A stretch of 64,000 nucleotides of DNA from Lingula anatina (Eukaryota; Animalia; Brachiopoda). Shown here piece after piece: positions 47,379 through 61,710 of this stretch (positions are counted from its first letter, which is position 1; each line of letters begins with the position of its first letter). Position numbers and translations under genes: made by a program. The stretch spans positions 18,870,534 to 18,934,533 of the forward strand of contig CM120644.1 in assembly GCA_051362555.1 (NCBI GenBank), written 5' to 3'. The notes beneath the pieces were generated by a model, which was not told the origin of the DNA, searched no databases, and was given only the letters and a program-made list of their open reading frames with translations.

Positions 47379-49572
47379 CCCTCATCCACAAGGAAATGGA
47401 ACCCTACGTAAACCCTGAAACCGGGCCTCAGAGGCCCGGTGTACCATGAAAATCTGACTCCCATCAAAAAACATTCAAAAATCTAATTTAATTTGAGTAA
47501 ATGACTATGATCTTGTAGTATGCATAATGGAGGACACATTGGCACTTTTTGTTAGTTTGCAGGTGAAGATTTTCATGAATAATAAAAAAAAAAATTAAAG
47601 ATTTGTATTTTACCACCCAAGGACTCCCCTGTGAAAAAGCTATTTATTTGACATTTGATTACCATTTCAACATCTTTTCTTTGAGGATACTTTATGAGGA
47701 ATATATTGAAAGTACTTGAAAGTTTAATGGTTAAAAAATTGGGTGAAAAAAATAATAATAATAATAAACACATTAAAAAATAAGAAAAATTAAAGATTTA
47801 TATTCGAACACCCAATGACCCCCCTATGAAAAAGCTATTTATTTGATATTTGATGAACATTCTGACATCTTTTCTTTGAGGATACTTTATGAGGAATATA
47901 TTGAAAGTACTTGAAAGTTTGATGGTTAAAAAAATGGGTGAAAAAAATAATAAAAAACACATGAAAAATAAGAAAAATTAAAGATTTGTATTGTAACACC
48001 CAATGACTCCCCTATGAAAAGGCTATCTATTTGATATTTGATCATTCTGACATCTTTTCTTTAAGGATACTTAATGAAGAATATATTGGAAATATTTGAA
48101 AGTTTGAATGTAAAATACTGGGTATGCTATATAAGAAGAATTCAGTAAAAACGCGATGGGGCCAATTTCTTGAGTTAAAAATGTAGCATTTTGACATGGA
48201 AGTGCAAAACCTACAGGTAGTAAGATGAATACTTGTTTTAAAAATATTCACCAAAATTTTCACCACCAAACTTTCAAATAATAACAAAATGTACATCTCT
48301 GTGCAAACTATGTAGAAAACAATGGTATGGTGACTGAATATAAAATAGGTCTTTTTCTTCATGGGAATCCAAATCTCATGGGTATAAAAATGAAGATTTT
48401 CATGATTTATTTTTCATTCTTTCACTCACTATTTTATCATCAAACTTTTAAATATTTCCAATATATTTTTCATAAAGTATCCTAATAGAAAAGATGTCAG
48501 AATGATCATCAAATATCAAATAAATAGCTTTTTCATAGGGGAGTTATTGGGTGATAAAATGCACATTTTAAATTTTCTATTTTTCATGTTTTTTTTTAGT
48601 TTTTTCACCCAATAGTTTACCATCAAACTTTCAAATATTTCCAATATAATCTTCATAAAGTAAATTTAAAGGAAAGATGTAGAAATGATCATCCAATATC
48701 AAATAAATAGCTTTTTCAAAGGGGAGACAATGGGCGGTTAAGTGCACATTTTTAATTTTCATATTTTTTTTCATGGGCGGTTAAGTGCACATTTTTAATT
48801 TTCATATTTTTTTCATGAAAATATTCACCTGCAAACTTTAAAAAAAGTGCTAAAGTATCCTCCATTTTACATACTACAATATCACAGTCATATACTCAAA
48901 TAAAATAAGATTTATGAACATTTGTGGTGGGGGAGTCAAATTTTCGTGGGGAGTCAGATTTTCATCATGAAAATCTGACTGGGGGAGTCAGATTTTCATG
49001 TTACACCAGTCCCTTGCTCCCTTTACCTCCACCTGGGTGCATGAGTATACACTGTGTATGGAAAATGCAGAAAAACTTTTTTTTTCTCAAAATGGAAAGT
49101 TTCGCAAAGGTAGCGCAGTCTATCAGGTATGTAATAATGATAGATTTAAACTGATATCTGCATATCAGGTGACCGATTACTCATAAATAATAATTTCTCC
49201 AGGTCTTGAATCTTTCACAGGCAGATTTCATTGACCATACTGATAGTCATAGCACACATGATATTGCTTGTGTAAAACATTTTATAGCAAAGCTATTTGA
49301 GGTAACATGGACTTATTTATCCCATGTGGAAGTAAAATTATCAAGGGACCGGGCCTCAGAGGCCCGGTTTCCAGGAAATGGGACTAACTTTTGGAAAAGT
49401 TAATTTCTACATATGTTGAAAATTATTTCAAAACTAATTATTTATCCACTGATGGGGTATAAGTTGCTTGAGGATTACATGAAAGGAACAGGCTCAAAAC
49501 CTCATGCAAACGAAGAGAGAGCAAAAGATACATGGGTCCGGGCCTGCGAGGCCCCTGAAAGGTGATTGAGGG
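47379..49572. mobile_element. Non-autonomous piggyBac-like element (TTAA TSD) containing a foldback element at ~47438-49007
   Basis: TTAA|CCCTCATCCAC ... GTGATTGAGGG|TTAA; repeated CCGGGCCTCAGAGGCCCGG palindrome. Inner element: GGTGTACCATGAAAATCTGACTCCC ... GGGAGTCAGATTTTCATGTTACACC, with ~600-bp inverted arms of ~190-bp subunits. Confidence 0.7.
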
Positions 49573-51988
49573 TTAATGCGGTCTATTTGAACAAAGAAAA
49601 ATATGTCTATATATTTCATTTGTATGACAGAGAAACTCCTGGAATATGTCACAGGATTGGATGTATATATGGAGTGGACAATTCCTTCTACAAGACGGGA
49701 TATTTACCTCATGATACTTGTATTTTTTCAGTTGATTTGCAGTATTACCCGTATATATAAGTATAATAAAAACATATTTCCAAGTAAACATTCAATCAAA
49801 TATTTCTTCTCATGGTACTTCAAAAATATTTTAACTGCAAGAATATTAAATTTTTACTATTCATTCCCATATGCATGTTTTCATGCAGCATAAAAATCCC
49901 CCCTCCCCACGCTTCCAGCTCTAGAAACTGCCCTGGCTGGAAAAAGTGACGTGAGTAAGACTCCGAAACATTTTAAGATGTTCTTCGATTTTAAGAATTA
50001 TAATTGCAAACGGAATCTAAGGGTGCGTTCCCAACGAAACCATCATTCTACGTACATTGATCCAACTCCACCGGGACTCTCACTGTATGCAATCAGATTA
50101 GCAATCCTGGAGCTGCTAGGGGGTGATTAACTTTCGTGTGAACTCAGCTTCTAGAATCTTTATCATTTCGTTTTGAGTGCGACCGAAACACACGTGAAAA
50201 TTATCCATATAGGTCGTATTGTTTCCGTGAACTACTCTTTACAATGTGGGGAAGTTTGGGGATATGCAATGGCTACCCTTTCCAACTCATGAACACCATA
50301 CATGTTTCACATGAAATATTGAATAAAGATTGGAGCGCATAAAATGAGAGGACGCCTATAATGACATTTAATCGAATGGCCTGTGCTATTATTTTTGAAT
50401 TGTATAAGAAACTGATAAAAGTGGTTTTACGCTCCATCAAGGCTACCTTAAAGCGCACACTGATTATTTTCAAAAGAAAAAAACGGGTGTTTCAATTACG
50501 AAATTTTTTGGATTGCGGGAGAGTCCCGTTTTTCTAGAGACCGATTGCGGTTATTAACCGTAACATTATATCATGTTCATTATGCTTTCTCTTAAATTAA
50601 AAGCCTCGGGTGCATTTGTCTTCCCAATGGCGGATCCTGAACATTTAAAGAGGGAGGGGGTGTCCGCGGATGCAAAGCTGACCCCCCCTCCCCCCGTTTA
50701 AATGGGATTCGACATTTTGGGTATTTAAGAGAGCGAACGGTGCCATTTGGTACGGTCAAGAGGGACATATCAGTGTGGTTTCTTTTCAGAAACCGAAGGG
50801 GGCGGAGTCAGAACCCCCTCTAAACCCCCTTCTCCTTGCGAAGCCTGAATGTTCCCATGTACTACGCGTATATCCCTTTTTAGGAAAATTCCTTGCAGAG
50901 AAAGGCAATGGCTGTGCAATATCATGCAAAAATGGGAGGATTTACATCCTCTGTATCCTCTATGATTTTGTCTAAGCTTTTGAAAAATATCTAAAATCGT
51001 AAGTGTCTAGGCCGTACGTGGCATTTCATACTGGCATCTCGTAGATCTCGCAAGTGAGACGTGCGATTTTGCGGTCCGCCATATAGATAAACGTCCTAAT
51101 AAAATATTCGTCCCGATATACACGTCTCAATAGATTTACGTCTCGTTAAATTTACGTGCCGATAGATCCACCAACAGATTCCTATAAACCTTTAGATCTT
51201 TAGAACCAGGTACCGCTAGATCCATATATCTGACATCGTAATGGGCCTGGCTAAAATGCCGATATCAACTCGAGGTACAGGTATGGGGCTTTCGAGTAAT
51301 AGTCTGACTGCTAGTACTGACCCACTTAATTAATGATTTAATTACAACCTGATATTTATTACCGTATAGGTATGGTAAGCTCTGAAAAGGTGCAAACTCC
51401 CTTAGAAAACAAATTTCACACGGGTAAACGGCATTTTTCCTGGACTGACTTTACCAGTCCATCAATCCAAACTATCCAAGAGCACTTTTACAATTAGTTT
51501 GAGTTTCTTACGATGTCTTAAGATACTATGATTAGAATTCAAATTCTTCTAACCTACACATTACTTAAATTATGTAAAAGTTATAGAATAATTGCATTTC
51601 CAAACAAACTATGTTGTTGTTCGCACAGCCCACTCCCCTCCCCTTCCCCCCCCCCCCAAAAAAAATAAAATAAAATAAAATAAAATAAAAAAATAAAAAC
51701 AGCCGTTCCGCCAGCAGTATTGTATTACTCATAGGGATGAGGATGAATTAACTGGAGTGTAAACTTGGCATATAAACAAAAATTACGAGCATTTACGAAA
51801 ACAAACTTTTCCCTTACTAGGGCTTTAAACATAAAAATTGTATCAGAATACAAGAATATGCTCAAATATCCACAAATAGTAATACATATTTAATTCCACC
51901 CCCTCTTCCCCAGCAATATTGAAGGTGCTGAAACGTTTATAATCTGAAATAGAAATGTGGCAACGCCATATCAACCCGGTAGGCCTAT

Positions 51989-52027
<39 letters not shown>

Positions 52028-52275
52028 TTAAACGTAAAATACAAGTGAGAAGGCAGTTTGAACATGTTGAAATATTCTAAAACAGTTAAAATTCTAATCT
52101 GATGAACAACATCAAAAATGCTGTCTTTGTAACAAATTCATTTAAACGAAGAAACGTTCTATGCAAAAAGTAGATACACTCGTGACTCGTGAGAAAATTT
52201 CCATTTGATTTTACAAAATAAACCTTTGTAGTTAAATATCGTCAACTTCCAATCCCATGAAAAACATCAAGATCT

Positions 52276-52325
<50 letters not shown>

Positions 52326-52610
52326 TAACTGATGTAATATGCTAGTATTGACGTTATTTTTGCCCGTGCAGACCTAACTTTTAAACCCTCTACCAGGGCG
52401 ACTGATAGATTTTTTACAGATATTCACAGATTTGTCTCTAGATAAATAGGTGGTCATTTTGAGACACCAACAATTTTCGGGGCCCTTTAGCGGGCCCCAG
52501 ATCCTACGCCAAGGGGGGTGGGGGCTTTGCATCCGCGGACCCCCCTTCAAATAATCTTGGATCCGCCCCTGTACATGTTATTCACTATACACTTATACAG
52601 CGGGCCTACA

Positions 52611-52733
52611 TTCGGACTATCGAACCTTCGGACTATCGAACCTTCGGACTAATGAACCTTCGGACCAATGCACCTTCGGACTATCGAACCTTCGGACCAA
52701 TGAACCTTCGGACTATTGAACCTTCGGACTATC
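52611..52733. repeat. 16-bp minisatellite (TTCGGACTATCGAACC, ~8 copies)
   Basis: Contiguous head-to-tail units with no spacers. Confidence 0.9.
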
Positions 52734-53258
52734 GCTACGGCCCCCTCAAAACTAAGAAAAAACAATTTTTCTCTTATATGCAAATTAGATTGCCTTGAGT
52801 AATAAACTGGCCGGAAGTGAAGTTCATCTCTGTAAAGAGACCGGCGCAAGCACAATCTAAATGACGCTGCAAACGAAGTTGTCAGCGGGAGGGCAAACAA
52901 ACATTAGTATTTTGGATAATTTCAAAGAGATAAAAAAAGTTTCCAAAATTAATGGAAATATGAAAAACCATATGTGGTTTATAAGTAAGCATTTTCTCTT
53001 TCAGGTTTAAGAGCACAAAACAAGGTCATTTTAATTAGTACTTTTGAAATATATTGAATAAAATGCATAGTGAACGAAAGACAATGCAAGATTTAAGTTT
53101 TTTTTCCAATATGTATTTTTTCTTATTTTTATTCTATTTTGTCTTTTTTTTTTTTTTTTTTTTTTAACATTCACAAATGTAGACAAATGAAATCCTGTGA
53201 AATATCCATGGGTTTACTATATAATAAAGATAAAAGATCTGAAAATGAAAAAGCACAT

Positions 53259-53329
53259 TGCATCGGCCGGGAATCGAACCCGGGCCGCCCGCGTGGCAGG
53301 CGAGCATTCTACCACTGAACCACCGATGC
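53259..53329 (-). tRNA. tRNA-Gly (GCC)
   Basis: GCATCGGTGGTTCAGTGGTAGAATGCTCGCCTGCCACGCGGGCGGCCCGGGTTCGATTCCCGGCCGATGCA; complete cloverleaf; T-run terminator downstream. Confidence 0.95.
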
Positions 53330-55569
53330 TTGTCCACTGTTCATTGTAACTTAAACGAGACTCTGACCTTCGACCTCCTTCGGTGTTATCTTCAAATTTA
53401 GCTCAAATACTGGGTCCGGTTAGCCTTGGACATAAAAATATTCTCTTATTATGTCCAAAGATTAGGCAACCCATCAAACTGTATAGCATATCACAATATT
53501 TTAAACATGAGTAAACCAATTTTGTGGGACGCAGCGATTTACATATTTACAGATACAAACAGACATATAGGTCTATCTTTGCCATGCACTGATGTGCGTG
53601 ATGAATGCAATAACCGGCACAGGTATTAATTTTACTTGTTCAGTACATCCTGAACAATGAACATGCATTGCATAAGGCTTCTAAACAAAAGATGTCCTAA
53701 GCGACATTGCTCAAGTTATTTTGGCATAATCGTTTCTTATTCTATTTTAATTTTTGAAACCATAGCGCGAGTGCGCTGCAGACGACATGTAATTTCGTTT
53801 GAGGGAATGCAAATGTTCCCGCGACATGCTGTATATGCAACAAGTTTTTAAAATGAACACTTTATATAGGAAGGGTATAATTTTGTGGATTTAATATAAT
53901 TAGATATTATAAAATGATTTGGAATTTTCTCATGTAAATCAGTAAAGTAGAAAATGTAGCCCAACCCATCGCCCCTTAAAACTGATTTCCGTGCCTTGAC
54001 CTATGCTCTCCGTCAGAACACACACTTATGTTTCGGGGGAAAAATTTCAGAGCAAAATTCACATTTTGAAATTGTAATTTTTACAAATTGAATCATTGAT
54101 CTAAACCGTAACAAATGGCATCGTCTAAACTCAAAAACAAATTTTTTTTCGAGGCCCTTAAGCAGTCCACGAACCCCGCGCTAAGAGGACGAGGGTCGGC
54201 TACGCATCCGAGACCTGTCATTCTTAAAAAAAAAATAAAAAGAAAATAATAAATAAATAAACGGACCCCCTACAAATTGTCCTGGATCCATCCCTGATAC
54301 TACAAATAGATTTCTATCTCTTTGACCCCATTCCCATAGATTTTAGATCGATCTATCCCTGTGGGGAGTCTCATTAGATTACTGTCAGCTTAGCCAGCTT
54401 AAGCGTCTGTCCCGCCTACTTAAAGCTGTAAGGGGGAAATTAACTATGGTGCGCGCTCGGCTGACAGCAATTTAGCGTGAACCCCCAAGGAGTTAGGTCG
54501 ATCTAAATCTAAATCTAAATCTTTGGATCGATCTAAATCTCTGGGAATGCACCCTATGGCTGTATTCCAAGAGCTTTTAGATCGATCTATCCCCGCGGGG
54601 AGTCTCAATAGATTACTTCAGATAATCCGGCTTAAATGTCCGTCCCGCCTACAACAAGCTGTAAGGATGGAATTAACTTTCGTGTCCGCTCGGCTGACAG
54701 CTATTTAGCGTGAACCCCCAGGGAGTTAGGTCGATCTAAAGTAGATCGATCTAATCTCTGGAAATGGGGTCTTTGATTTTGAAAGTCGGAGATGATTCAT
54801 TTAAAGAGGCAGAAGATGGGGTGCAGTTGGAGTGGAGAATTCGTTCAAAATGACTGGATATTTACCTCATTATGCCTATATTTTTTCAGTTGATTAGCAA
54901 TAATACCCATAAGAAATAAAATTATTATAGCAATAAATGCATATTTTCAGGGGAACATTCAATCATATACTTCCCGTGGAACTGAAAAATGTTTTAACTG
55001 TTAGAATATTAAATTTTACTATTGATTCCCATATGAGTATATTCACGCTGCATAAAAATGGACGTCTCTTCTCTCCACTCCCACACACGCATCCAACTCT
55101 GAAGACGTATGCCCCCCTCCCCCAGGGGCGGATCCAGACACATTTTCTGACAGTCTTCCAAATTATCTTTGTTGATCCATCCTACATTTTTGACCGTCTA
55201 CCGACAAAAAAAATTAGATACCCGTCAATGTTAACTTAATAATCTGACCGTCTCGACAGCGCAACAGTTAACGCAGTCTACAACATGTCAGGACTTTTAT
55301 TTTAAAGAAATGATTTATTGTATGAAATGAAAGACTTCGTTATCTTAACAAAAAACCCTACTCATGAAACTAAGACAAGTTTACGCTTGTTAAAATATAT
55401 TTTGAAATATACGTAAATAACATAATGTAAATACAGAGGTGGAACCAGGATTATTTGAAGGGTGGGTCCGGAACTACAGGCCTCGGATGCTAAGCCGACC
55501 AATGCCCCCTTGGGGTGGTATTCGGGGCTTGCTCAAGGGCACATTTTTCTTTTCTTTTTTTTTTTTTTT

Positions 55570-55619
<50 letters not shown>

Positions 55620-55849
55620 GGAGAGCAAACAGTGCCCTTTGGTACGGTTTAGAACTATAATTTTTACTATAATATTTTTCAGAAACTGAAGGAGGGTTCA
55701 CCCCCCCCCCCCCCCCCTCTAACTCTGCCACTGTAAATAACGTATTTTTAAAATATGAGAAAGCAAAAATAATACGGATCATATGACTACAGTTACTGAC
55801 AGGCAACCAGATGTTGGAGCTTGTTGAGTGAAATGTTTTTCGTTATCGG

Positions 55850-55902
<53 letters not shown>

Positions 55903-55950
55903 ACCTGTTTCTTTGCCAGAGATAAAAAATCGAACCAAAATAAAACATAT

Positions 55951-56021
55951 TGCATCGGCCGGGAATCGAACCCGGGCCGCCCGCGTGGCAGGCGAGCATT
56001 CTACCACTGAACCACCGATGC
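55951..56021 (-). tRNA. tRNA-Gly (GCC)
   Basis: Identical 71-nt sequence to the copy at 53259. Confidence 0.95.
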
Positions 56022-56949
56022 TTGATACCCGATTACTCACCCACCCCCCTCCTCACAAATAGGCCTCGTCCCGCATCTCCCCCCCCCCCCCCCCCTTCCA
56101 ACTGCGGTGTTGTCGTCAAACTTAGCTCAAAGCCTGGGTCCGGTTGGGCAACATATCAAACATATCACAAAAAATGTTAAAAACTGAGTAACCAATGTTT
56201 CTTTTATTCTAAATATCAATAAACATATTTATTTCTGTGGAATGCAGTAATTTACATAATCACAGGTAGTCCTATCTCTGCCATGGCCACTCATAGATGT
56301 GCGTGATGACAATGATAATAGACACAGGTATTTGTTTTACGCGTTCAGTGCATTTTGAATACGGAACATGTATAACATACTTCCTTTAAACAAAAGATGT
56401 CCTAAGAGACATTTTTTAAAAACTGTTGCCGACTTTTCCAGCAGTTTTTTTTTTTCGTCTTCAAATAAGGGCAAAATGAATTAATAACAATGCAGTTCTT
56501 TAAAAAAATGCAGAAATGAGCTCCGACGAAGCAGAAGCGCGAAAGTCCGCTGGAAGGCAGGTGCAAGGTAAAAACACAATCACGGTTGAGACACCGAGGC
56601 GTCCTTGGCCTTTCGATACTTTTTGATAAATAGTGTGCAGCATATCATTTTAAAGCATTTGAAATGTACTTTTTTGTGATGTGGAAGACAGATGTTTTCT
56701 CCACCACATGTATGGAATAGAGGCATAAGAACCTGAGTCAATGAATTGCCGATAAAAATGGCGATTTTCAGACACACCTTCACGACAAAATCTCACAGAA
56801 TTTTTGTAAATATTACAATGACAGCAAACATTATACATCAGCTGAAAGATAATTTTCTTCCGAACAAAACCCCATCTATTAAACTTGTTGTTCTGGTATA
56901 ATTTTAATTCATTCACTGACTAAACATGTAAACGATCTGAGCACCAAAT

Positions 56950-57430
56950 GTGACACATTCAAATATGTACATGTAGATGACACCACAATTCTAAGCTACG
57001 AGAATACCAAACTGCAGGACAATCTCCCTGATGCAACAACAGAACTCACTCTCTGGTCCCATGCTAATAAACTAACAATAAATACTACCAAGACCAAAGA
57101 GATCATATTTGATTTCTCCAAAAAAGGACACAAAACTACACCCTTACTAGTAGTTATAATCAAAGGATTGAGAGAGTGGGGTCTGCTGTCTTCTTATGGG
57201 TTAGGAACAGTAGTGATTTGAGCTGGGAAGGTCACATCTGTGATATGTGTAAAAAAAGCAAGTAAAAGGCTAAATAATCTTAAGCTTCTGAAAAGAGCGG
57301 GTATTCTAACCAATGAACTTGTAAGCTTTTATACATCCGTAATCAGATCTACATTAAAATATGCATGTCAGGTGTGGCACCCAGGTATTACACAACAACA
57401 AATTAATAAAATTGAATCCATCCAGATACT
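56950..57430 (+). mobile_element. 3' fragment of a second (CR1/L2-like) LINE reverse transcriptase
   Basis: KYVHVDDTT...INTTKTKEIIFDF...KKASKRLNNLKLLKRAG...YTSVIRSTLKYACQVWHPG...IESIQ, abutting the opposite-strand LINE. Confidence 0.75.
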
Positions 57431-59600
57431 AAGATATTACTAGTGCTTCTTTTAATACCCAGCATTCTTTTCAAAAAATTAGTATGTACCTTTCTTATAT
57501 CCTTTACCTTATTGAATCCCCATATTCCTGATGCATAATTTAAAATACTACCAACGTACGTATCAAATACTGCTTTTTTACCCTGTTCTGCTATATGTTT
57601 TTGGGTTTGACAAAACTTACCATTAAAATTAAAAAGTAATCCGAGATAACTAAATTGATTCACCCTTTCTAAGACAATACCGTTATATTTCCATTTCTCT
57701 TCAGCCCTTAACTTACCCCCATTTCTAAAGACCATTGTTTTTGTTTTTGCTGTATTAACCGTTAAATTCCAATTTTGTGAGTATAATTTCAAGGTATCTA
57801 AAAGTTTTTGTAGTCCTTGAGGGGTTTCCGATAAAAGTACCGTATCATCTGCATACATCAGTAAAAAAAGATTTATGTCCCGTATTTCAATACTTTCACA
57901 ATTTTCCGATAAGCAAAAAGTTTCAAAACCATTAACATACAAAGAATAAAGTAGCGGGGACATTACAAAACATGTACCTCTCCTTGTAATAGACCGGTGT
58001 GTATTTGGAAGTGTTCAGATAGCTGACCTTTAAACTTAACACAAGCCTTTACATTGCTGTAATGACTTTTTATAATTTGGAGCAATTTACCTTGGACACC
58101 GAGTTTATTTAATTTCTTCCATAAACTTGGCCTATCGATGGAATCGAAAGCGGATTTATAATCCACAAACGCACAATATAGTCGCTTCTTACTCCTTAAA
58201 GTACGATTTATCACGTACTGTAGCACAAAGATAGCATCTACGGTACTATGCCCCGCTTTAAATCCAAATTGTGCGTCGGTTGTAACACTGTTATCCTTAT
58301 CCCAAGATTCTAACCTTTTATTAAGTATGGAAGTAAACAGCTTGCCTAAATAACTAGTTATCGTAATTCCCCTATAATTACAAGGATCGTCAACATTTCC
58401 CTTTTTATGTAAAGGTATAATACAACCCTGACACCAATTCTCTGGAAAGTGCCCCGAATCTAGTACAGAATTAAACAAAGTTCTTAACGCCGGTAGTAAA
58501 ACATTTTTACAGTGTATAAAAATTTCATTTATCATACAGTCCTCGGCACAGCTCTTGTTAGCTTTTAATTTTTCAATTGCGCCAATAATCTCACCGTCAC
58601 TCACGGGACTATCTAATTCATTGAACATTGTCTCGGTGTATAAGCCTACATTGGGGTCTACTTCGCGTATGTCACAATCTATTCCACCAACACAGTATCT
58701 CTTAACATGCTACATGTACTACATGTAAATTCATCTTCCCGATTGTTTAGTTCTACGGGGTCACTTATCTGAGCATCCATTGTATTACACAAACTGTCTA
58801 TTCGATTCGCTAATGCATCATTTATCGACTTTGCATTATTTTCTATCCATCTAACCGAAACACTAGTTCTAAGTTCCATGCCTGTCTTACGTTCATCATA
58901 ATCTAAAAGCGCATTTTGTTTTAAAGACCCACAAAGCAGGACAAACGTGATTGGTGCATGATCTATTTGGTGATGATATATTTGCTATAAGACTCTTCTA
59001 AAGCTTGAAATAAATCAACATCATTCGTTTTATAAAATATACTATTTTCTGGCGGAAAGTAACATACTGCTATTAAGATTGGTTTCGAAGGTATAAATGT
59101 ACTGCGTATGGAATCTATTCTTATCCATATAATACTATCGTAAATATCACTTACTATATGTACATATTTTCTAATTTTAGTTTTACAGAGGATGGCTATT
59201 CCACCACCACGTAGATTCTTTCTTCGATACAAATGGCAATCATATCCCGCCAAAACAATTGGCATATCATTGCTCAGCCAACATTCGGTTAGAAAAATCA
59301 TATCATGCCCATTTATAATTTCTAAAAAATCAATATCAAGTATCTTGCAATTAAACCCTTTTCCAACATTCCAGGAAATGAAACTTAGCTCCGAAACTTC
59401 ACCTTTTTTTTACCGAAGCTGAGCATTTATCTATGGTGGGCGAGGTTTCTACCTCCTCGCGTGCGTTATCTGTGTTAAACTGATTGTAGTCCAAAACTTG
59501 GCCGAAGGGCTGCCTGTCCTAGCGATTATAGACTAGTGGTCTCTTGTTTGGACTATTTACCAAGTCAATAGGTTTTCACAGATTTCCTTAACAAATAAAG
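57430..59600 (-). mobile_element. Decayed non-LTR retrotransposon (APE endonuclease + reverse transcriptase), frameshifted and internally deleted
   Basis: APE motifs SWNV and IFLTECWL; RT motifs NYRGITI, QFGF, AFVDYKSAFDSI, GLLQGE, LMYADD, FSYLG, spread over broken ORFs. Confidence 0.9.
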
Positions 59601-59816
59601 CCATCCATAGCATTTTGGTGAAAAAAAAAGAAAAAAAAACTCTACAAAGCTTTTATGAATAGTGCTGGTGTGGAAGATTAGGTCATAAGTAACAAAACTA
59701 GGGTGTGTGTGATGGAGCCTTTTATTTTACTTTTTATGCAAAATAGACATAAAAGGGAACATTTACACAACAATTTTGGTTGTACAAAATGTACTTTCAT
59801 GCCCATTAGAGGGGGT

Positions 59817-59873
59817 TGAGTCAAGCCACACTTATGTGTAAAGGTCTATTACAGCATGGGTCTCTATATAAAG
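59817..59873 (+). promoter_or_regulatory. AP-1 site and TATA box upstream of the IL-17-like gene
   Basis: TGAGTCA at 59817-59823; TATATAAAG at 59865-59873, ~110 nt before the proposed ATG. Confidence 0.5.
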
Positions 59874-59976
59874 TAGGAGCCACCACAATGTACATCTGCT
59901 ATTATGATAATTAATATAACTTTGAATATCTGAAGCACATTTTACATTTAATCTTTCTTAATCCTAAGAAATAAGA

Positions 59977-61439
59977 ATGAAAGTAAGATATACTTACTGT
60001 ATTTGGACTCTATTTCCTATCCATATTTCCCTTTTTTTTTTTTTTTTTTTTTTGATAGCATGCATTACATGAAAATGACTTTTCTTTTTTTGGTTGTAAT
60101 TGAAAATATTTTACTGACTCTAACCCCTATTTTCCTTTCAAAGACCTACATTTTATTTTGGGTTGTTCTTTTTGTACAAAAGTTTCACTGTACAGGTATC
60201 TGCCTAGCCATCCTATGTAAGCATGTAGCAGCTACCTCATGGCAGGAATAAACATGGCTGCCTGCTAGCATATGGACTGAAAATGTCCCTACTTTGTTTG
60301 AGTACATATCGAGCCCAACCCTCAGACAAGCTGATTTTCACATATATTTCACCTTATATTCATATCTTTTCAACCGTGAATAATTAGCTTGTTTGAGGCA
60401 GGGGCTCATATAAAAAATGAACATCTTTTATCCTCAAGTCACTGTAAGATTCTTCTTTCAATCAGCACTACATTTAAGAATAAAGCAATCGAAATATTGA
60501 TCACAAGCAGTGATTGGCCACTTATTGCCTTTCTTTTTTACACTGGCACCTTCTGTACCCAATTACAAAATTTCACAGTTGTCACCTTACTATTACTAAA
60601 GAAATGTAGCATTAGAATTCAGACCCCCCCCCCTAAAACACACATTTTCATGAATATTTGACAAGGTCATTTTGCCATTAATTTTTTATATTTCAAATTC
60701 AATAAAAAATATTTTTAGGTGGATTATAAAAGTGTAAGACCCCAACTTTAATTTGGCATCAATTTTTTCCATTCATTCACAATTTATTTTTCACGTACAA
60801 AAGTGGGCACTTTTACCCCCTTATTCGCACTCATCTTTTGAATAATTTTTGCGACATTAATTCATGACATATAAGTCCGTGAAGATATGATCAAAAAGTA
60901 TTGCTCTCCCTCAAACAAGGCGTATTTCAAATAACTCTGTATATTAATCTCGAACAGTTTAACAAATATTTTGTCTTTTAAATCAAGAAGTGGTTTATGT
61001 TATGTTACTTGACGTTGAATGAGTGTTTGTCACTTTAAGTAGGCGGGAAATACGACTTTAAGTATTGAAATAAGATCAAATAAGTTTATTTAGTTGTATT
61101 TGATAAAATATATATATATATATAAACGTTGAATATCAATCATGAATAAATTTACAAACACCTTGACCACTGAATCTTAAAATCGGACAATTTTCACATT
61201 TCGCTTTTACAGGGATTGTACCTCTTTGCCGTACTAGTTGTCGCAGTAGCCATAGCGTCACCCATGCGACGAAACACGCACAGATGTGGAATTGGTTACT
61301 ATAAGAATGGTGGATTTTGTGTGCCAAGAAATCCTAGAGACAATCTTGCCACGGAGACATACTGCCCATGGTATATGATCTATGATGAAAAACCTGGCAG
61401 GTATGTTTACTATCTCTCGATCGATCTCATTCACAATCC

Positions 61440-61478
<39 letters not shown>

Positions 61479-61656
61479 GGTCTGTCTGTACATACATACA
61501 TACATACATACATCAGTGGCGGATTTAGGGTATGTTAGGGGGATCCTGACCCCCCCCCCTCGACTTTTGAAAAGAAAATCACACCAATGGTCCCAGCTGA
61601 ATTATGGTTCGGCATCGCATTTGCGAAAACCCACTCAAATAATCCTGTGTCCACTC

Positions 61657-61710
<54 letters not shown>

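Noticed and set aside
52611-52733. CRISPR-like short repeats
   Set aside because: Contiguous 16-bp units with no spacers, no cas genes, eukaryotic context.
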